NCBI GenBank assembly: GCA_963764165.1 | Contig: CAVXRD010000002.1 | Location: forward strand, 672,001 to 736,000 | Reading direction: 5' to 3' | Origin: an uncultured Verrucomicrobiae bacterium | GTDB lineage: Bacteria; Verrucomicrobiota; Verrucomicrobiia; Limisphaerales; Palsa-1400 | DNA length: 64,000 nucleotides | Part shown: in pieces, positions 1 through 9,741 of the stretch | Layout of the letters: the number at the start of each line of letters is the position of its first letter | Numbering within the stretch: position 1 is the first letter of the stretch | The notes under the pieces: model-generated | Databases searched by the model: none | Seen by the model: only the letters and a program-made list of their open reading frames with translations | Told to the model about the DNA's origin: nothing | Position numbers and translations under genes: made by a program

Positions 1-605
1 GGATTTCGTCGCTGGTAATTGTGATTACCACGACGGCCCGGCAGATTCCGGCCGAGCGCGAAAGCCGCACGATTTTTCCGCTGCTGGCCAAGCCGGTGGG
101 CCGGGGTGAAGTGGTGGTGGGAAAATTCCTGGGCTGCTGGTTTGCCGGCGGGATTGCATTAATCGTTTTTTATTTTTTCTTTGGCGTGATGACGGCGTCG
201 CTTGAACACAAGCTTCCCATCCTGGCGGACCTCCAGGCGCTTTGGCTGCATTGGATGGGGTTGGGCATCGTGGCGGCAATGGTTATGTTCGGGTCGGTTG
301 TCTTCACAGCGCCGTCGTCGAACATCACGATTTCATTCCTGGTCGTCTTGGGGATCATGTTTGCGGGCGGGCATTTGAATTCGGTGGCCATCCAGATGCG
401 CGGCATTTCGGGGACGATTGTTTACGCGATCTATTATGCCATCCCGCATCTGGAACTTTATGACATTCGCGATTTGGTGGTGCATGACTGGGGATTGGTG
501 GATTGGACAGCGTGCCTGGGCGCCTCCGCCTACGCCTTTATTTACATGGCGTTGATGCTGGGCTGCGCATGGGTTGTGTTCAGAAAGAAAACGGTGACGT
601 TGTGA
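1..605 (+). CDS. ABC-2 type transporter permease (5' end probably outside window)
   Basis: Multiple TM helices; 'ERESRTIFPLLAKPVGRGEVVVGKFLG' is the typical ABC-2 permease signature. Confidence 0.8.
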   Translation, partial: ISSLVIVITTTARQIPAERESRTIFPLLAKPVGRGEVVVGKFLGCWFAGGIALIVFYFFFGVMTASLEHKLPILADLQALWLHWMGLGIVAAMVMFGSVVFTAPSSNITISFLVVLGIMFAGGHLNSVAIQMRGISGTIVYAIYYAIPHLELYDIRDLVVHDWGLVDWTACLGASAYAFIYMALMLGCAWVVFRKKTVTL

Positions 606-609
606 AGCC

Positions 610-1458
610 ATGTTTAAGCTGATCATGCTGCTGCTGTTTGTTTGCTGCCTGACGCTAGCGACGGTGCTGGTGCCGCAATTTGCCACTTGGCGCGAGAGCC
701 AGGATCACGGCGCATCGTCCGCCGGGATGCTGGTGGCATTGATGGGCGACAGCCGGCGGCTGTTTGCGCACGAATTTTTCGCCAAGGCGGACGCTTATTT
801 TCATCGCGGATTCTACCCCTCGATTTTCGACCGCAAAAATCCCGGCGCCGAATCAGACTTGAAGGAGGAGTCGCATCAAAAGACAGGGGATGCCAAAGAT
901 CACGAGCAGGAAAGCACATTTCTAGGACCGCCCAAGGATTGGATTGACCGCCTGGGCCGCCATTTTTATCCGACCACGCACGTCCACCTGACCGCGGGCA
1001 ACGAACGCGAGATGCTGCCGTGGCTCAAGCTTTCCGCCGAACTGGAGCCGCACGAAATTGATCCGTATCTCACTGCGTCTTACTGGCTGCGCACGTCATT
1101 GGACAAGCCCAATGAGGCCGAGCAGTTTTTGCGGCAAGGCCTGGCCGCCAACCCGGACAGCCCGGAAATCCTGCTCGAGCTGGGCCGCATCAACTTCTAC
1201 AACCGCACCAACGCGCAGGCCGGACGGAACGTTTTTGAATTGGCGCTGCAAAAATGGCGCAAGCTGGACTCCGCCGGGAAGAAACCCGACCCGATTATTT
1301 GCGAGGAAATTCTCGGCGAAATTGTCCGCACCGATCGCGCCTTGAAAGATCCAAAGCAAGAACTGGCCGATTTGGAGGAATTGATCAAAATCGCCAGGGG
1401 CAAAGGATCCTTGCAGACGCAGATTGATGAGTTGAAGGCCAAATTGGGTGCCAAATAG
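610..1458 (+). CDS. Membrane-anchored TPR-like protein
   Basis: N-terminal hydrophobic anchor; TPR-like helices (EAEQFLRQGLAANPDSPEILLELG); 4 bp after the permease. Confidence 0.65.
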   Translation: MFKLIMLLLFVCCLTLATVLVPQFATWRESQDHGASSAGMLVALMGDSRRLFAHEFFAKADAYFHRGFYPSIFDRKNPGAESDLKEESHQKTGDAKDHEQESTFLGPPKDWIDRLGRHFYPTTHVHLTAGNEREMLPWLKLSAELEPHEIDPYLTASYWLRTSLDKPNEAEQFLRQGLAANPDSPEILLELGRINFYNRTNAQAGRNVFELALQKWRKLDSAGKKPDPIICEEILGEIVRTDRALKDPKQELADLEELIKIARGKGSLQTQIDELKAKLGAK

Positions 1459-1560
1459 CCAGTTTGACAATTCATTGTGCCCGGCCTGTTGATTAACTTT
1501 GACAAAAGGTAACTGGCGGCATCCGCCTGATTCTTCCCGCCGCTTACGTTAAAATAAAAA

Positions 1561-1653
1561 AATTGAACAGGAGAAAGACCGAGGGCGCAGAGAAGAAAAA
1601 ACCATTGTTGGGCCGGTTTTTCTCTGCGTCCTCTGTCTTTCTCCTGTTCAATT
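1561..1653. repeat. Imperfect palindrome, AACAGGAG-type (three ~9-nt units per arm)
   Basis: aattgaacaggagaaagaccgagggcgcagagaa ... ttctctgcgtcctctgtctttctcctgttcaatt, between convergent genes. Confidence 0.85.
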
Positions 1654-1680
1654 TCAGGGATTCTGAGAAAAGTTGGGCGC

Positions 1681-2343
1681 TCAACCGAACAAATTCAATT
1701 CCGGCTCCGGCGGGCGGATGGGCGAGAACGAGCGCCGGTGGATGGGACACGCGCCGAGCGATTTTATCGCCTCCAAATGTTTCTGCGTGGCGTAGCCTTT
1801 GTGCTCAGCGAAACCGTAGCCGGGATAGACGCGGTCCAATTCCAACATGACGCGATCACGGCTGACTTTCGCCAAAATGCTGGCCGCGCCGATGGAATAA
1901 CTCAGCGCATCGCCGGAAACAATGGGTGTTTGCGGAAGCGTCATGGAATGCACACGCAACCCGTCCACCAGCACATGGGCGGGCGGCGGCCGCAATTGCG
2001 CCAGCGCGATGTTCATCGCCCGATGGCTGGCTTGAAGAATATTGATTTCGTCGATGACATCGACTTCGACGCTCGCGACGGCGTATTCGACTTCCGGATG
2101 GGACGTCAGTTCGAGAAAGAGTTTTTCGCGCAATTCGGGCGAGACTTGCTTTGAGTCATTCACCTTGCGGAAGGAGGCTGGCAATTTGTCGTGAATCCAC
2201 GATACGGGCAAAATCACGGCAGCAGCAAAAACCGGCCCGGCTAGGGGGCCGCGGCCAGCCTCATCGACTCCGGCGATGCGCGATACGCCGCATTCGAGGA
2301 GCTCGAACTCATACTGAAAGCGTTTGGGAATTCTCTTCGCCAC
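1681..2343 (-). CDS. rnhB: Ribonuclease HII
   Basis: AGVDEAGRGPLAGPV, DSK, VDG, SIGAASILAKVSRD, HKGY, HRRSF motifs. Confidence 0.97.
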   Translation of the reverse strand: MAKRIPKRFQYEFELLECGVSRIAGVDEAGRGPLAGPVFAAAVILPVSWIHDKLPASFRKVNDSKQVSPELREKLFLELTSHPEVEYAVASVEVDVIDEINILQASHRAMNIALAQLRPPPAHVLVDGLRVHSMTLPQTPIVSGDALSYSIGAASILAKVSRDRVMLELDRVYPGYGFAEHKGYATQKHLEAIKSLGACPIHRRSFSPIRPPEPELNLFG

Positions 2344-2484
2344 GTGGTGTTACTTTGAAACCAAATGGCTGCTCGTTTCAAACTGAATTTAATGAATTCT
2401 CTTCGAAACCTGGTCGCTCAAAGGCGGGGCTTTTAAATTGCATCAAGATCACAGAGGCATACCATGAATCGTCAAATACGAACC

Positions 2485-2893
2485 ATGGAAGTCGTTTATG
2501 TGGAAACCAGCGTTATCAGCCTGCTTGTGGGAAATCCGAGCCGAGACCTGATATTAGCAGGCAACCAACAAACCACACGAGACTGGTGGCGGCTGCGTCG
2601 CGCACACTTCTTCTGTGTGGCATCAACCGAGGTCATGCGCGAATCCGGCGAAGGTGATCCGCAAGAGGCCGCGAAACGGAGGGGCATTCTTGGTCAACTA
2701 ACGATTCTGCCATTCTCACGGGAGGCAGATCGCCGGATGAAGGCATTGCTTGCAACGCGTGCGCTGCCGCCGTCATTTGGCAAATGCCCAAATCTTGAAA
2801 CGCTTGGAGACAGAAGCACTGCGCCTGGGATGGAAATTGCCAAAGGTTTGCACACCAGCCGAACTAATGGGAGATTCACCTGATGAAAACTGA
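2485..2893 (+). pseudogene. PIN-domain (VapC-like) toxin with internal deletion and frameshift
   Basis: N-terminal VYVETSVIS; after ALP (~2770) the family-type C-terminus RHLANAQILKRLE...KVCTPAELMG lies in another frame ending at TGA 2893; the DA.H...LLTWNC segment is missing. Confidence 0.8.
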
Positions 2894-3125
2894 GTCGATT
2901 ATGGACGAACTGTGTGCCGTCAAAGACAAACTGGCTCGCGAAGCAGGCTATGACGCCGACCGCTTTATTGAAAATCTGCGGCAGTGGGAAATGGCACATC
3001 CGCAGCCAGGTCCTGTTATCTCCGATGCCAACGAACCGCGCCTGTTTGCTGCAAGTGAGAAACGCAAGCAGGCAGAGGCATCGGCTCTGATACTGGGCGA
3101 AAACTCGCCACCCACGGGAGATTAA
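2883..3125 (+). CDS. Small protein, probable antitoxin partner of the PIN toxin
   Basis: 80 aa, overlaps the toxin end; IMDELCAVKDKLAREAGYD resembles small proteins that follow this PIN subfamily. Confidence 0.55.
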   Translation: MKTESIMDELCAVKDKLAREAGYDADRFIENLRQWEMAHPQPGPVISDANEPRLFAASEKRKQAEASALILGENSPPTGD

Positions 3126-3183
3126 GCTAACGGATTATGCTGCCCAGTGCGCTTCAAATATATCCCAGCCGCGCGGCAAAATT

Positions 3184-4437
3184 TCAAGGCAAACGCGGCG
3201 GCTGATTGGCTTCAATTTCAAATTGGTTGCTCTTGCCAACTTGCACGGTACCGGAGATGCGCGCCGCATTCGACGCAGACGCGGCCGCATTTTGCCGGGA
3301 AATGCCAGATCGCCGGGCGCCACCAAACGCAGCCTGATTCCGTCCGAATACGTTGTTCGTGAAATCTCCCGAGAGCGTCTGGACATTTCCATTGAAAATA
3401 ATGCTCTGCTGCAAGCTGCGGTTTGTTCCAGAAACGTTGAAATTCCAATTCTCGTCTGTTCCCACTGCAGGTTGCTTTGCTTTCTGAACTGCTTGACGCG
3501 AAAATGCGCCCCCTTCCTTGGCCACGACCGTGCCTTTATAAACAGATCCGTCCCCGTCGACGATGCTGACGTTCTGGCCGGCGCGGCTCATTTGGAAATT
3601 CGAAAGAAGATTTGGCGCGGGATCGGCCGCTGAATCTTTTGCAGCCCGAACGAAGTTCTGCGCGCTCGAATCAAAGTTCGCGCCACCTACCGCGCCAGCC
3701 GGTCGTGCGAGATTCTGCTGAAAAGAAGATCTTTGCTGCCCCAAGGATTCATTTGCCGCCTTCGCTTGAGCCGAAGGGAGCGCCTCACCACCTGCAAGAC
3801 TATCTGCAACGATCGCCGCCGGCACGCTGGCAGGCGGAGCGGCGGCTGGGGTTGTGGGTGCAGTCGCTGCGTCCGAAAGCAAAGGCGAAGTCGCAGGCGC
3901 GGGAGATGCGGGATAAATATTTGAGGGTGTCCCGGAATAGCCGTTGGCAAGCGGAGAATTTTCGCCGCTGCGAGGCTCGGTGAGTTGCGGAGCCTGCGCA
4001 GCCGGAAGGGGCGCCTCGCTGAGTTCCCTCTTGCGCGACCCAAGGCTTCGGTCCGCTGAACCGCTCCGGCCAGCCAATTCCGGCATGCCCTTTTTCACCG
4101 CGTTCAGTCTGAAATCGTTCTCGCGGTGTTGCGCGGCGGATTCATGCGCGGGAGCCAGCCGGTCCAACTGCGCGTTCAGCATCGCGAAGGCAAAGAGCAT
4201 GGCCACCGCTCCCCCTCCCATCGCAATCATGGGCCAGCGCCATCTTCTCCAACGCTCCGCACCCGCGCCCTCGGAATCTTTGCGCGCGCCCAGCGTCCGC
4301 CGCACCTCATCCTGCAAAAGACGGCGCGTCGCGGGATGGATTTCATCCGGCGCTTCGCCCTGCTCCCGGCGCTTCTTTGCGTAAGCGCGGAGCAGTTCGT
4401 CCATTTTGCTGTTTGGCTCGTCAGACGGCATGTTCAA
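3184..4437 (-). CDS. Putative anti-sigma factor (single TM, Ala/Pro-rich linker)
   Basis: Directly downstream of the ECF sigma; short cytoplasmic N-terminus, one TM (WPMIAMGGGAVAMLFAFAML), extracytoplasmic domain. Confidence 0.6.
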   Translation of the reverse strand: MNMPSDEPNSKMDELLRAYAKKRREQGEAPDEIHPATRRLLQDEVRRTLGARKDSEGAGAERWRRWRWPMIAMGGGAVAMLFAFAMLNAQLDRLAPAHESAAQHRENDFRLNAVKKGMPELAGRSGSADRSLGSRKRELSEAPLPAAQAPQLTEPRSGENSPLANGYSGTPSNIYPASPAPATSPLLSDAATAPTTPAAAPPASVPAAIVADSLAGGEALPSAQAKAANESLGQQRSSFQQNLARPAGAVGGANFDSSAQNFVRAAKDSAADPAPNLLSNFQMSRAGQNVSIVDGDGSVYKGTVVAKEGGAFSRQAVQKAKQPAVGTDENWNFNVSGTNRSLQQSIIFNGNVQTLSGDFTNNVFGRNQAAFGGARRSGISRQNAAASASNAARISGTVQVGKSNQFEIEANQPPRLP

Positions 4438-4471
4438 CTCATTTCAATTCAGCTTTGCTCATTACAATACA

Positions 4472-5098
4472 TTAGACGGAAAAAGGCTCCGTTTTCTTCC
4501 CGCCAAAGATTTCCACGGCGATCTTCTCCAGCTTATCAAGGCATTTGCTCAATCGCGAACTCACTGTTTTCGGATTTAATTTCAATTCCGCCGCAATCTC
4601 CTCGTAGCTCAAATCCGCGAAATATCGCAAATCAATGACCTCGCGGCACGGCATCTCCAATTGATCCAGCGCCTGGCCCATCTGCGCCGCGCCCTCGGCC
4701 CGGCCCAGCAGTGCGTCCGGCGCGGGGAGCGGGCTTGGCACTTGCAAGGGAGCGCTGTCCTCGCCCGGTTCCTCCTGCAGCGAGAGAATCGTCTGCCCGC
4801 CACCGCGTTTGGCGGCGTGCTGGCGTTCGCGGTAGTCGCGGGCTTTGTTGGCGGCGATTCGAAAAATCCACGTCTGCAATTTGCTGCCGCCGTGAAACGA
4901 TTCAATGTTCTTAATGACAGCAAGAAAAGTTTCCTGGCAGATTTCCTCCGCGTCCTCGCGCGTGAAGGTGTGGGACAATTGGAAAATGAAGCGGGACGCC
5001 GCCGCGTAGTGCCGGTCGAAAAGCGCGTTCCAGGCCCACTCGTCGCCTTGGCGGCAGCGGGAAATCAAGGACGCTTCCGAATCGTCGCTCACGTTCAT
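4472..5098 (-). CDS. ECF-family RNA polymerase sigma factor
   Basis: Region 2 DAEEICQETF...WIFRIAANKARD; region 4 LSYEEIAAELKLNPKTVSSRLS. Confidence 0.93.
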   Translation of the reverse strand: MNVSDDSEASLISRCRQGDEWAWNALFDRHYAAASRFIFQLSHTFTREDAEEICQETFLAVIKNIESFHGGSKLQTWIFRIAANKARDYRERQHAAKRGGGQTILSLQEEPGEDSAPLQVPSPLPAPDALLGRAEGAAQMGQALDQLEMPCREVIDLRYFADLSYEEIAAELKLNPKTVSSRLSKCLDKLEKIAVEIFGGKKTEPFSV

Positions 5099-5151
5099 AG
5101 GATATGGTTACACCGGCGGTTCACAAATGTTTTGTGCAGAAGGCTGTTTGA

Positions 5152-5253
5152 GGCAGGGACGCCTCGCCGAGGCGTCCGGTTGTGTGTGAAAATGCCAACA
5201 GGCCGCGCGTGAATAACGCCTCACCCCGGACGCCTCGGCGAGGCGTCCCTACC
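5152..5253. repeat. REP-like doublet (REPIN-like), GTAG-type family A
   Basis: ggcagggacgcctcgccgaggcgtccgg ... ccggacgcctcggcgaggcgtccctacc; further copies at 10662, 14278, 26247. Confidence 0.9.
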
Positions 5254-5294
5254 ACAAAACTTGATTTGCGGAGCCGCTCAGCTAAAGGTGGGGT

Positions 5295-6074
5295 ATGGCT
5301 TTTTCTCTTGCCGGCAAATGGATTCTGATAACAGGTGCTTCCAGCGGATTCGGCGCGGCCGCCGCTTCCGCTTTTGGCGCGTTGGGCTGCAACCTTCTCC
5401 TCGGCGCGCGCCGGGTGGATCGCCTCGAATCGACCGCCGCCGCCGCCCGCAAAGCAGGCGCCCATCAGGCGCTCATCCACTCGCTCGATGTCACAAAGAC
5501 CGCCAGTGTCGAAGCGTTTGTGGCGTGGGCGAAAACGAAGACTTCCGCGGTGGATGTGCTGCTCAACAACGCGGGCGGTGCGCACGGATTGGATTCCGTC
5601 GCCAATGGCCGCGACGAAGATTGGGAGGCAACCATTCAAACAAATGTTCTCGGATTGCTGCGGGTCACACGGGCTGTTCTGCCGATGATGCCCAAGGATT
5701 CTGGGGCCACGATTCTCAATATCGGCTCCGTCGCCGGACGATGGGCGTATGAAGGCGGGTCGGCGTATTGCGCGGCAAAAGCTGGCGAATTGAAAATCAC
5801 GCAAACGCTGCGGCTCGAATTGAACGGCACGGGCATTCGCGTCTGTTCGCTTGATCCTGGACTGGCGCGAACGGAATTCGGCACTGTCCGGTTCAAGGGC
5901 GACCAGGCAAAAGCCGACAAGGTTTACGATGGTGTCATTCCACTTACCGCCGAAGATATCGCCGAGACGCTCGTATGGATGGCGACGCGCCCGCCGCACG
6001 TCAACATCGACGAGATGGTTATCAAATGCGTCGACCAGGCGGCGACGTTCAAGGTCTTTCGGCGGACAAAGTAA
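5295..6074 (+). CDS. SDR oxidoreductase (YdfG-like, NADP-dependent)
   Basis: TGASSGFG, NNAG, YCAAK, DPGLARTEF, PPHVNI motifs. Confidence 0.9.
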   Translation: MAFSLAGKWILITGASSGFGAAAASAFGALGCNLLLGARRVDRLESTAAAARKAGAHQALIHSLDVTKTASVEAFVAWAKTKTSAVDVLLNNAGGAHGLDSVANGRDEDWEATIQTNVLGLLRVTRAVLPMMPKDSGATILNIGSVAGRWAYEGGSAYCAAKAGELKITQTLRLELNGTGIRVCSLDPGLARTEFGTVRFKGDQAKADKVYDGVIPLTAEDIAETLVWMATRPPHVNIDEMVIKCVDQAATFKVFRRTK

Positions 6075-6131
6075 AAGGCGCGGCTCGACTTCACTGGCCG
6101 CTTCTGGTTGCATGTGCGCGGTGACAGCGAC

Positions 6132-7637
6132 ATGACTGCCAAAGACGCCCAATCGCTGGCTGCGCCAGTTCCGGCCAATCCGTCCGCGGTTCCAGCCACG
6201 GCCACGGCGAGTGAGGTGCCGCTATGCGTCGACCTCGATCACACGCTGATCAAAACCGATTGCTTCTGGGAAACGGCGGTTCGGATGCTGTTTCGGCGCC
6301 CATTCCAATTTTTCATCCTCGTGCTCGGAAGCTGGCGAGGGCGCGCGTGGCTCAAGCGGCGCATTTGGGAAACCCAGAAACTCTCGCCCGACTCCCTGCC
6401 CTACAATTCCCAAGTAATCGACCTAATCCGGCAGCAGAAAGCAGCGGGCCGGCAAATTCTTCTTGTCACCGCCAGCGACCAGGCGGCGGCGGAAATGGTT
6501 GGCGCGCATTTGAAACTGTTTGATGAAGTGGTCGGCAGCGATGGCAAAACCAATTTGATCGGCTCGCAAAAGTCAGCTTATCTCGTCCAGCGTTTCGGAT
6601 TGGGCGGATTTGATTACGCGGGCGATTCGGCGGCGGACATCAAAGTGTGGTCCGCTGCCCGCCACGCTTACGCCGCAAGTCCCGTCCCGAAAGCGCGGCG
6701 CTGGCTGGCGCGGCGCGGAACTGCCGTCACTACAGTCAGCGAGCGGAAGAGCCAATGGGCGGCCCTGGGGCGGGCGCTGCGGCCGCAACATTGGGTCAAG
6801 AATATTTTAATTTTCATGCCCGCGCTCGCCGCCCACATCTGGCACAGCGGCGATGCGTGGTCGCGGACGTTCTATTTTTTTGTGGCCTTTTGTTTCGGCG
6901 CTTCGGCTGCCTACCTCATCAACGATCTGGCGGACATCGAATCCGACCGCCGCCACAAGGACAAATGGCAGCGGCCTCTGGCTTCCGGCGACCTTCCGAT
7001 TTCCGATGCGGTCGCAGCGATTCCATTATGCATCGCCGTCGCGGCATGCTGCTGCTGGATGGCGGGGCCGAAGGCGTTTGCCCTGCTGGCGGGTTACTTT
7101 GCGGCGACTGTGGCTTACTCGTGCTTTTTCAAACGCGTGCCGGTGCTGGACGTCATTTTTCTTTCGGGATTTTACGTCTATCGAATTTCCGCCGGAGCTT
7201 ATCTTGCGCCGATTGAACTTTCGGAATGGCTGGTGGTGTTCGCGATGTTTTTATTTCTGAGCCTCGGCGCGGCCAAACGCTATGTTGAACTCACCACGCT
7301 GGCGGAGCCAAACCGAACGAACACGGCGCGGGGATATTTGCCGGAGGATTTTCCGATGATAGCGGCCTTCGGTGTGAATTGCAGTTGCCTCGCGGTTTTA
7401 GTTTTGGGCCTCTACATCAACAGCGACAAATTCCATCAATACTATTCCCGCCCGGCGCTTTTCTGGATGTTGTGCCCCCTGCTCCTCTATTGGCTCATCC
7501 GCGTGTGGCTGCTGGCGGGTCGGCGAAAATTGCGCGAGGATCCCGTCATATTTGCGTTGAAAGACCCGCCGACCTGGCTGGTCGCGGCCCTGAGCGGGGT
7601 CGTGTTTCTGATTGCGGTGCTGGGAAATTCGCGATGA
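6132..7637 (+). CDS. HAD-phosphatase/UbiA fusion, putative polyprenyl-phosphate phosphoribosyltransferase
   Basis: HAD motifs VDLDHTL, VTAS, YAGDSAAD; UbiA motifs LRPQHWVKN, YLINDLADIESDRRH..K..RPLASG, EDPVIFALKD. Confidence 0.9.
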   Translation: MTAKDAQSLAAPVPANPSAVPATATASEVPLCVDLDHTLIKTDCFWETAVRMLFRRPFQFFILVLGSWRGRAWLKRRIWETQKLSPDSLPYNSQVIDLIRQQKAAGRQILLVTASDQAAAEMVGAHLKLFDEVVGSDGKTNLIGSQKSAYLVQRFGLGGFDYAGDSAADIKVWSAARHAYAASPVPKARRWLARRGTAVTTVSERKSQWAALGRALRPQHWVKNILIFMPALAAHIWHSGDAWSRTFYFFVAFCFGASAAYLINDLADIESDRRHKDKWQRPLASGDLPISDAVAAIPLCIAVAACCCWMAGPKAFALLAGYFAATVAYSCFFKRVPVLDVIFLSGFYVYRISAGAYLAPIELSEWLVVFAMFLFLSLGAAKRYVELTTLAEPNRTNTARGYLPEDFPMIAAFGVNCSCLAVLVLGLYINSDKFHQYYSRPALFWMLCPLLLYWLIRVWLLAGRRKLREDPVIFALKDPPTWLVAALSGVVFLIAVLGNSR

Positions 7638-8974
7638 AGACGGAGCGATTCCAATCTTGGGGGCGCGTCCAATCCGTCCTCTCGCCGTGTGTCAATTTGA
7701 GCTGGCGCGACGAATCAATTGATCTTCCGCCGGAAACAAAACGCCTGGCCTACGGACTTGGGCGCTCCTACGGCGATAGCTGCCTGCTATCCGATGGCGT
7801 GATGATTCGCACGCGCGGGCTGAACAAAATGATCCGCTTCGACCGCGAAACCGGCGTCCTCCGGGCCGAGGCGGGCGTGACATTTTCGGAAATTCTCGAA
7901 CTTGTGGTGCCGGAGGGATGGTTTCTTCCGACCACGCCCGGGACGCGCTTCGTCACCCTCGGCGGGGCGGTTGCCAATGATATCCACGGCAAAAATCATC
8001 ACCGCGCCGGAACAATTGGCTGCCATGTGCGGCGATTCTCCCTGTGGCGATCGGATGGGATCACGCGCGAATGTTCGCCAGACGAGAACTCCGACTTGTT
8101 CAACGCGACCATCGGCGGCCTGGGACTGACGGGACTTATTCTGTGGGCGGAGATTCAACTCGTGCGCGTGCCCTCTGCGTGGCTCGATGTTGAACTTGTC
8201 CCGTTTCATGGCTTGCGCGAATTCATGGCGCTCGCCGACTCGTCGGCTGAGGTTTGGGAACATACGGTGGCGTGGTTCGACGCGGTGGCGCGAGGGAGGA
8301 ATGTCGCGCGCGGCATTTTTATTCGCGGAAATTATGCCAGCGAATTTTTGCATGGGCGAAATCCGCGGCAAATTCATCCGGCACCGAAAATCTCCGTGCC
8401 GATGCAGATGCCGGAATTCGTCTTGACGCCATTCTCCGTAAAAGTCTTCAACACGCTTTATTTCCATCGCATCGCCAGCCCCGGGAAGAGAGTCATCCAG
8501 CATTACGAGCCGTTTTTTTACCCGTTGGATGCTGTGGATGGCTGGAGCAAGATTTACGGCAAGCGCGGCTTTTTTCAGTATCAATCCGTCACGCCGCAAT
8601 CGGCGGGCCTCGCGCCTGTTGAAGAAATGGCGCGGGAAATTGCGGCTTCCGGCGAGGCGTCGTTCCTCGCGGTTTTGAAAACATTCGGCCCGCACCCATC
8701 GCCCGGCATGTTGTCATTCCCAAAGCCCGGAATCACACTGGCGTTGGATTTTCCAAATCGCGGCGCGTCCACCTTGCGCCTATTTGACAAGCTGGATGCC
8801 ATCGTGCGGGCGGCCAAAGGGCGATTGTATCCGGGGAAGGACAGCCGGATGAGCGCGGAGGATTTTCGCGGCGGCTACCCTGCCCTGCCGGAATTCCTGC
8901 CGCTGGTGGATCCCGCGTTTTGCTCGGATTTTTGGAAACGTGTCGTGCCAAGCCAGATTTTGGAAAAAGCGTGA
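7634..8974 (+). CDS. FAD-linked oxidase, DprE1-like
   Basis: SWGR, GLGRSYGD, PGTRFVTLGGAVANDIHGKNHH, YGKRGFFQYQ, TLALDF, GRLY..KD; ATGA overlap with the UbiA gene. Confidence 0.9.
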   Translation: MKTERFQSWGRVQSVLSPCVNLSWRDESIDLPPETKRLAYGLGRSYGDSCLLSDGVMIRTRGLNKMIRFDRETGVLRAEAGVTFSEILELVVPEGWFLPTTPGTRFVTLGGAVANDIHGKNHHRAGTIGCHVRRFSLWRSDGITRECSPDENSDLFNATIGGLGLTGLILWAEIQLVRVPSAWLDVELVPFHGLREFMALADSSAEVWEHTVAWFDAVARGRNVARGIFIRGNYASEFLHGRNPRQIHPAPKISVPMQMPEFVLTPFSVKVFNTLYFHRIASPGKRVIQHYEPFFYPLDAVDGWSKIYGKRGFFQYQSVTPQSAGLAPVEEMAREIAASGEASFLAVLKTFGPHPSPGMLSFPKPGITLALDFPNRGASTLRLFDKLDAIVRAAKGRLYPGKDSRMSAEDFRGGYPALPEFLPLVDPAFCSDFWKRVVPSQILEKA

Positions 8975-9741
8975 TGAATCAACCCTCAGCCATTCCGGCA
9001 ACGCCATTCAACATCGTCGTTTTTGGCGGAACGTCGGCCATTGCCCAAGCCATCGTGCGAGCGGCAGCTCGTGAGAAAAACGTCCGCGTGCTGCTGCTTG
9101 GCAGAAGCGCCCAGCGCCTCGCCAACGTCAGGGATGACCTGGCCGCGCGCGGTTTGGCCGCGGTATTCCAAGCGGCCGATCCCGGCGATATTTCATTGTC
9201 ATGGGAATCGCTGATTCATGCCGCCCTGCCGGGCCGGATCGATTTGTTTCTCATCGCGCACGGAGCGCTGCCAGAACAGGATGAGTTGCTGGCCAATCCC
9301 CTGGAGATGGCCGCGACGCTGCATGTCAACTACACAAGCGCGGCGGTCCTTTCGGCCATTTGCGCGCGGATGCTGGAGGAGCAAGGCGGCGGGTCGCTGG
9401 CGGTGATTGGCTCGGTGGCGGCGGATCGGGGAAGGGGGTCAAATTTCGTTTACGGCTCGACCAAGGCCGGATTGGAGACATTTTTGGAAGGCTTGCGCCA
9501 TCGCCTCGCCTCGAAGCCCGGCATCCGCATCACCACAATCAAGCCCGGCCTGACCGACACGCCGATGACCGCGGACATGCCGAAAGGCCCGTTGTTCAGC
9601 TCGGCGGACAAGGTGGGAACGCTCTCGTGGAAAGCCATCCAGCGCGGCAAGCCGGTCGCCTATGTGCCGTCGTGGTGGTGGATAATGCTGACAATTATCA
9701 AGCTCGTCCCGCGCAAAATCTTTTATCGAACGAAGCTGTAA
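8974..9741 (+). CDS. SDR reductase, DprE2-like
   Basis: GGTSAIA, SVAADRGRGSNFVYGSTKAG, KPG..DTPMT; follows the DprE1-like gene. Confidence 0.88.
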   Translation: MNQPSAIPATPFNIVVFGGTSAIAQAIVRAAAREKNVRVLLLGRSAQRLANVRDDLAARGLAAVFQAADPGDISLSWESLIHAALPGRIDLFLIAHGALPEQDELLANPLEMAATLHVNYTSAAVLSAICARMLEEQGGGSLAVIGSVAADRGRGSNFVYGSTKAGLETFLEGLRHRLASKPGIRITTIKPGLTDTPMTADMPKGPLFSSADKVGTLSWKAIQRGKPVAYVPSWWWIMLTIIKLVPRKIFYRTKL

